Below, piece after piece: positions 59,032 to 64,000 of a DNA stretch of 64,000 nucleotides (position 1 is the stretch's first letter; each line of letters opens with the position of its first letter). Source of the DNA: Patescibacteria group bacterium (GTDB lineage Bacteria; Patescibacteriota; Patescibacteriia; Magasanikbacterales; GWA2-37-8); contig JBAZNA010000001.1 in the NCBI GenBank assembly GCA_041649475.1, positions 124,267 to 188,266 of the forward strand, read 5' to 3'. The translations under genes were made by a program, and so were the position numbers. Under the pieces are notes generated by a model, which saw nothing but the letters and a program-made list of their open reading frames with translations, was not told the origin of the DNA and did not search any database.

Positions 59032-60066
59032 TTACTGACTTTCCTCGTCCGCTGCCGACACCGGGGGTAGCTGCAGCGGGGGTGGGTTGATCCAGACGGC
59101 CGTGGGCGGCTGTGCTGGCACGGGCGGGCGACGTACGAAGCGCTCCGGGTGCTCTTGCCAGGCCGCCGAGAGTACCAGCTGCCGTTGCGCGAGCACGTGC
59201 GGCCCGCGGCCGTAGTGCACCATCTCGGGCGTCAGCAGGCCGAGGCCCGTGTGGTGGTGTTCGGTGTTGTACCAGGCGAAGAAGGGGCCGCAGAAGGCGC
59301 GTGCGTCCTCGACGCAGCCGAAGCGGTCGGGAAACTCCGGCCGGTACTTGAGCGTCTTGAATTGGCTCTCGGAGAAGGGGTTGTCGTTGGAGACGTGCGG
59401 GCGGCTGTGCGTCTTGGTGACGCCGAGGTCCGCCAGCAGCAAGGCGACTGGTCGGCTCGTCATCGACGTGCCGCGGTCGGCGTGCACCGTCACCATCCCT
59501 GGCCTAATCGCCTGCTTCTCGCAGGTCTCGTAGATGAGCTGCTGTGCGAGCTGCGCGGTCTCACGCTGGGCCACCATCCACCCGACGACGTAGCGGCTGA
59601 AGATGTCGAGGATCACGTACAGGTGGAAGTAGGTCCACTTCACCGGCCCGAGTAGTCGGCTGATGTCCCACGACCACACCTGGTTGGGCCGGGTCGCGAG
59701 GAGCTCGGGCTTGGCGTAGGTCGGATGGCGGAGCTGGTCGCGGCGCTCGCGCAGCTCATTGTGTGCGCGGAGCAGGCGGTACATGGTCCGCACTGAGCAC
59801 AGGTACCGTCCCTCGTCGAGGAGCGTGGCGTAGATTTCGCGCGGCGCCTGGTCGACGAAGCGCGGGCTGTGCAGCTCGGCGAGCACCGCCTCCCGCTCCG
59901 CGGGCTGCAGCGCCCGCGCCGGCGTAGCGCGCGGCGCGGTGCGCGTGGGCGGGGGCGCGGCGGCGGTCCGCCGGCGCCGGTACAGGGTCGCGCGCGGGAT
60001 CCCCAGCGCCGCACAGGCGGGCGCTGACCCGATCTCGCGCGCCAGCGCGAAAGCGGTCGGCATCAG
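59032..60066 (-). CDS. IS3-family transposase OrfB (rve/DDE)
   Basis: 'PNQVWSWDI', 'DIFSRYVVGW', 'HADRG', 'NDNPFSESQFKTLK'. Confidence 0.92.
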   Translation of the reverse strand: MMPTAFALAREIGSAPACAALGIPRATLYRRRRTAAAPPPTRTAPRATPARALQPAEREAVLAELHSPRFVDQAPREIYATLLDEGRYLCSVRTMYRLLRAHNELRERRDQLRHPTYAKPELLATRPNQVWSWDISRLLGPVKWTYFHLYVILDIFSRYVVGWMVAQRETAQLAQQLIYETCEKQAIRPGMVTVHADRGTSMTSRPVALLLADLGVTKTHSRPHVSNDNPFSESQFKTLKYRPEFPDRFGCVEDARAFCGPFFAWYNTEHHHTGLGLLTPEMVHYGRGPHVLAQRQLVLSAAWQEHPERFVRRPPVPAQPPTAVWINPPPLQLPPVSAADEESQ

Positions 60067-60596
60067 TCGTTCTCGTCGTCGCTGGGGCGGGTCAGCGGGA
60101 TCCCCAGCAACTCCGAGGCTTTTTTTTGGACCGCGATGACGATCTTCGCCCGGGTCAGCTGCTTCTGCAGCCGTGCCTTCTCGCGCTCCAGCTGCGCCAC
60201 TCGTCGCGCCAGCGGATTGCGCGTCGGTTTGGGACCGCGGCGCGGCCCCAGCCCGCCCAGCACGCCCAGGCGGTTCTGCATCCGCCAATCCGCCAGGTGC
60301 GAGGAGTACAAGCCGTGGCGCCGCAACAGCGCCCCCACCTCGCCGGGCGTGGTGCACGCATCGGCTTCTTCGACGATGCGGCGCTTGAACTCCGCGGTGA
60401 AGGTGCGGCGCCCGGGCCGCTCGACCACCTCGGAATCGGGCGCGGCGTCGCCGCTCGGTGGCGCGGCCGCCGTCGGTGTTGCGCTCGACTGCGGCGGCCG
60501 CGCGATCGACAGCGTTGTGCTCGTCCGATCGGGAGTGCCTGCTCTCTCCAGCGCGTGCAACCGGGGCCTCCCTGCCTGCTTCTCACCGTTGCTCAT
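60063..60596 (-). CDS. IS3-family transposase OrfA
   Basis: 'RRTFTAEFKRRIVEEAD', 'LLRRHGLYSSHL..WR'; A7 run at 'QKK'. Confidence 0.88.
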   Translation of the reverse strand: MSNGEKQAGRPRLHALERAGTPDRTSTTLSIARPPQSSATPTAAAPPSGDAAPDSEVVERPGRRTFTAEFKRRIVEEADACTTPGEVGALLRRHGLYSSHLADWRMQNRLGVLGGLGPRRGPKPTRNPLARRVAQLEREKARLQKQLTRAKIVIAVQKKASELLGIPLTRPSDDEND

Positions 60597-60900
60597 CCAC
60601 GAGCGCCTCCCCGCCCTCTTCTACACTAAACTCGGGAAGGCCAAGTGTCTCATGTCACGTTGGCACGGAGGGTCTCTCGACGCCCTCGACAGAGAAGAGG
60701 TTTCGCGGCGCGCTTCATTCCCGTTGTGATGCCTGCGGCGAGCTCAGCGTACTGGGTCGCTCGGATATCCTTGGGTAGCAGCCTCGAGCCTCGTCTGCAC
60801 GCGCCCAGACGCCTAACGCCGAATCCAATGTCTAGCGCGCGGCACAGAAGTCGCGCGCCGTTGACGCACTTGTTAATCACGTGCTATTATATAGACACGT

Positions 60901-61287
60901 ATGGTGTCATCGATCAGCAATCCACATCCTGAGATTACGAAGCAGCGCCTCTGGTACCTCTTCTGCTTAGCATGTTTGACCGAGTCTGACATTGAGACTA
61001 TCACCGGTTGGCCCCGCAAGCTGATTGAGGAACGCCTGCAGACATGGGGACTGACATTCCTGTCCCCGGTTTCTCGTTGCACAACACGGTTCCTTGAACG
61101 GCGCATGGAGAGGTCCATCGTCACGCCACTCGGCTCTCTCGCCAAGGTGGAGTTCGTAGCTTCAATGCGAGAGCATCTGCGCAGCCTCATTCTGGACAAT
61201 CCCGTGCACTGGAAACGCATCGACCAGATTCCCTGGTTGCCGCAGATTGAGGCTGAGGCCGCAAGCGTGCCACCGATACCCGAGTGA
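60901..61287 (+). CDS. Hypothetical HTH-like protein, paralog of 53036-53452
   Basis: 'ITKQRLWYLFC...SDIETITGW'; TTGACG-N18-TATTAT upstream. Confidence 0.7.
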   Translation: MVSSISNPHPEITKQRLWYLFCLACLTESDIETITGWPRKLIEERLQTWGLTFLSPVSRCTTRFLERRMERSIVTPLGSLAKVEFVASMREHLRSLILDNPVHWKRIDQIPWLPQIEAEAASVPPIPE

Positions 61288-61445
61288 TGGCAGTCTCCAC
61301 CAGGCTGGCAATCTACGCGAGACGTCAGCTGTGAGTTAAGCTGAGCTCCGGTGCGGCGCGTAGGCGCTCTATGCTTGCAAGCACGGGACCGTAGATGTTA
61401 TCGAGTTCGGAAAGGACCCAATATCCTCCACTTAATCTTTGATTT

Positions 61446-61952
61446 ATGCCTACCAATCTTTCCAAAGGAAATGTTAATACCGGTGAAATTGTCTATACCT
61501 GGACGGTTAAGGAATATGAAAAATATGAAAGAAGCCGGCGCTGGTATTGGCTGATGGGAATAGTCGGGGTGTCTTTGCTGGTTTATTCCATTATAGACGC
61601 GAATTATTTGTTCGTTTTAATCATAGTACTGTTTGGTATAATTTTATTTTTACAGGAAGTGCAGGAACCGATGGATGTGACCTTTGCCATTACTGAAACC
61701 GGCATTGTGATGGGCAGAAAATTTTACAGTTATTCGGAATTGGAAAATTTTTGGATGATATATAATCCGCCTATGGTCAAGACCTTATATTTTTTAACAA
61801 AAGATTTGTTAAAACACCGTTTACAGATTGCTTTGTTTGATAATGACCCCCGGCCGATTCGCGATTTTTTGAGTCAATATTTAAAAGAAGATTTAGAACA
61901 GGAAGATGAGCCGCTTAGCGACAAGATGGGGAGGACGCTGAAGCTGCACTAA
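61446..61952 (+). CDS. Conserved membrane protein (2 TM helices plus PH-like domain), CPR-type
   Basis: Return to AT-rich composition; 'WTVKEYEKYERSRRWY', TM pair, 'ITETGI...YSYSEL..FW'. Confidence 0.75.
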   Translation: MPTNLSKGNVNTGEIVYTWTVKEYEKYERSRRWYWLMGIVGVSLLVYSIIDANYLFVLIIVLFGIILFLQEVQEPMDVTFAITETGIVMGRKFYSYSELENFWMIYNPPMVKTLYFLTKDLLKHRLQIALFDNDPRPIRDFLSQYLKEDLEQEDEPLSDKMGRTLKLH

Positions 61953-61956
61953 TAGC

Positions 61957-62028
61957 GCCCCCGTCGTTCAATGGATAGGACACTAGCCTGCGAAGCTGGA
62001 AATCTAGGTTCGACTCCTAGCGGGAGCA
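61957..62028 (+). tRNA. tRNA-Arg(GCG)
   Basis: Acceptor GCCCCCG/CGGGAGC, D arm GTTCAATGGATAGGAC, anticodon arm CTAGC-CTGCGAA-GCTGG, T arm CTAGGTTCGACTCCTAG. Confidence 0.92.
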
Positions 62029-62114
62029 CAAGTAAAAATTGATTTTTAAAAGCCGAGGTGATAAAATTGCTTCGGCTTTTTGATAACACAAACAAACGCA
62101 CGAGGAGGCGAACA

Positions 62115-63413
62115 ATGCGGCTGACGAACATCATTGACCTGGCATGGGGCGACAACGGCAAAGGCAAGGACACTCTCTTCTGGACCATCTTCTTGTCTGC
62201 GGTGGCTGTGGCGCGGTATTCGGGGGGCAACAACGCCGGCCACGCCTTCACCGATGATGATGGTGTTGAGCACCGTTTGAGCGTGCTCACCGCGGGAATC
62301 GCGGTGGACGGGGTCAAGGTGGTTCTTGGTAACGGCATGGTCATCTCCCCCGAGAAGACGATGGAGGAGATCCGGCGCTACATGGCGTATGGCAAGGACG
62401 TTTCTCCTGACAGGATCTTGCTTTCGCACGAGGCCCACATCATCCATCCCGGGCATCGCGCCATTGACGAGATGATGGAGGCCCTCCGCTCCAAGGGCGG
62501 TTGCGCAATCGGTACGACCAAGAATGGCATCGGTCCTGTCTATGCCGCCAAGGCTCTGCGAGTGGGCATCCGCGCCGAGCAGATGCTTGATCCTAAGGGC
62601 TTCGGCATGGCCGCGGCCGAGATGGCGGACGAGGCCAACCAGTTGCTTCAGATGCATGACCGGCCCCTGCTGAACGCGGAGGAAATCGGCCGGGCCTACA
62701 CCAAGTATGCGGAGTTGCTTCGGCCCTACGTGACCGACACCTCGCGGTACCTGGTGGGTCTGCCTGAAGATGCCGACGTGATCGGTGAAGCGTCCCAGGG
62801 AACGCTCCTGGACGTGGATCACGGCACGTACCCATTCGTCACCAGCTGTAACTGCACCATCGGCGCGGCCTTCTCCGGCCTTGGTATCGGTCCGGAACAT
62901 CTGTACCGGAACATCGGTCTGGTGAAGGCGTACTACACCCGCGTGGGTGGTGGTCCGTTTCCGACCGAGATCCCGCCCGGCCCGACTCTGGATCGCATCC
63001 GCGGCGACAAAGGCGTACTGTGGGCTGAATACGGCACAGTCAGCGGCCGGCCCCGGCGCTGTGGCTGGTGGGACTCGGTCCTGGCCCGGTACGCGCTCCG
63101 CATCAACGGCACGCAAGAGATCCACCTCATGAAGATGGATTGCCTGGCGGGTATCTCGCCCATCAAGATCTGCGTGGCCTACGAGGTGGACGGGGAGCGT
63201 TTCGTGAATCTGCCGATGGGCTTGCACAATTTGGAACGCTACCGGCCCATCTACGAGGAGATGGAGGGCTGGGGCGACATCCGGAACGTGCGAGTGTACT
63301 CGGAACTGCCCTCGCCCGCCCGAAAGTACATCCAGCGGATTGCACAACTGACTGGCAAGCCCGTGACACTCATTTCCCATGGTCCGGGCAGAGGAGAAGT
63401 GATCATCAAGTAG
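62115..63413 (+). CDS. purA: Adenylosuccinate synthetase
   Basis: AGGAGG RBS; 'WGDNGKGK', 'GGNNAGH', 'GTTKNGIGP.Y', 'DVDHGTYPFVTS', 'GRPRRCGW'. Confidence 0.9.
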   Translation: MRLTNIIDLAWGDNGKGKDTLFWTIFLSAVAVARYSGGNNAGHAFTDDDGVEHRLSVLTAGIAVDGVKVVLGNGMVISPEKTMEEIRRYMAYGKDVSPDRILLSHEAHIIHPGHRAIDEMMEALRSKGGCAIGTTKNGIGPVYAAKALRVGIRAEQMLDPKGFGMAAAEMADEANQLLQMHDRPLLNAEEIGRAYTKYAELLRPYVTDTSRYLVGLPEDADVIGEASQGTLLDVDHGTYPFVTSCNCTIGAAFSGLGIGPEHLYRNIGLVKAYYTRVGGGPFPTEIPPGPTLDRIRGDKGVLWAEYGTVSGRPRRCGWWDSVLARYALRINGTQEIHLMKMDCLAGISPIKICVAYEVDGERFVNLPMGLHNLERYRPIYEEMEGWGDIRNVRVYSELPSPARKYIQRIAQLTGKPVTLISHGPGRGEVIIK

Positions 63414-63435
63414 AAGTTCTACAAGGAGTAAGCAG

Positions 63436-63468
63436 GCCTGGTGTTTGGGGGGACACCGGGCTTTTTTT
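63436..63468 (+). terminator. Rho-independent terminator after purA
   Basis: GCCTGGTGT...ACACCGGGC followed by a T7 run. Confidence 0.75.
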
Positions 63469-63517
63469 ATGTCCGATTTCTGCTATAATTACGGGCAGTG
63501 AATCAAGTAAAAAAGAT

Positions 63518-64000
63518 ATGGAATTAAACACTCCGGTTTCGGACTTAAGCCGGGTCGGGAAAACCGTTTTCAGCCGTCTCAAACGTCTTGGTGTTACTAC
63601 CGTGCGCGATTTGTTGTATTATTTTCCGTTTCGCTATGAAGATTTCAGAAAAATTGTGCCGATTGCGGATTTGCAAGACGACCAATTGGTAACAGTTTGC
63701 GGTTTGGTGGAACTCATTTCCAACAAACGCAGTTTTCGCACCCGGAAAATGATTACCGAGGCATTGGTATCGGACAAGAGCGGAACTTTGAAAGTGGTCT
63801 GGTTTAATCAGCCATTTTTAACCAAAAATATCCATCCGGGTGAGATTGTTTATTTATCCGGCAAGGTGAAGAGCGATATGCTGGGGCCGCAATTGGTCAG
63901 TCCGGTTTATGAAAAATTTTCAGCCAAGGGCGCTTCCGGCAAAGAAACCGTGCACACGGCCCGGCTGGTGCCCATTTACCCGTTAACCTATGGCCTCACC
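63518..64000 (+). CDS. recG: ATP-dependent DNA helicase RecG, 3'-partial
   Basis: My translation: MELNTPVSDLSRVGK...LGVTTVRDLLYYFPFRYED...VVWFNQPFL...RLVPIYPLT (wedge domain). Confidence 0.88.
   Translation, partial: MELNTPVSDLSRVGKTVFSRLKRLGVTTVRDLLYYFPFRYEDFRKIVPIADLQDDQLVTVCGLVELISNKRSFRTRKMITEALVSDKSGTLKVVWFNQPFLTKNIHPGEIVYLSGKVKSDMLGPQLVSPVYEKFSAKGASGKETVHTARLVPIYPLTYGLT

Larger units (their letters stand above)
58996..60665 (-). mobile_element. IS3-family insertion sequence
   Basis: Imperfect IRs TGTCAACGACTTTGAGACAC / GTGTCTCATGTCACGTTGGCA; CGGAG on both flanks (58991-58995 and 60666-60670); orfA plus orfB. Confidence 0.88.

Noticed and set aside
62115-63413. PurZ (Z-base synthesis)
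   Set aside because: The catalytic Asp of PurA is retained and no dATPase/MazZ-like neighbours are present.

Overview
The window reads as an AT-rich chromosome with compact, Patescibacteria/CPR-like genes at both ends (1-4408 and 61432-64000). Left flank: DMT transporter, SPFH protein, O-antigen ligase-like protein, DUF167, malic enzyme, MgtC, tRNA-Ala(TGC). Right flank: membrane protein, tRNA-Arg(GCG), purA, recG start. Between them lies a GC-rich island of about 57 kb inserted at the 3' end of tRNA-Ala. Its ends share a TCCAC core (4405-4409 and 61427-61431), and joining them in silico gives the large serine recombinase a new in-frame C-terminus. The island has two relaxase plus coupling-protein modules but no mating-pair genes, a primase, a XerC-like recombinase and an IS3-type element. 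It also carries a second, tyrosine integrase beside an attP-like site matching a different tRNA-Ala (GGC). Defence-type cargo is dense: SIR2-NTPase plus partner, RloC-like plus type I RM, MTase-ATPase-HNH, a truncated OLD gene, and a kinase-kinase-phosphatase module. Several cargo genes look Myxococcota/deltaproteobacterial, so the element may shuttle between a CPR symbiont and a GC-rich host (inference). All family assignments come from motif recognition by eye; no searches were run.
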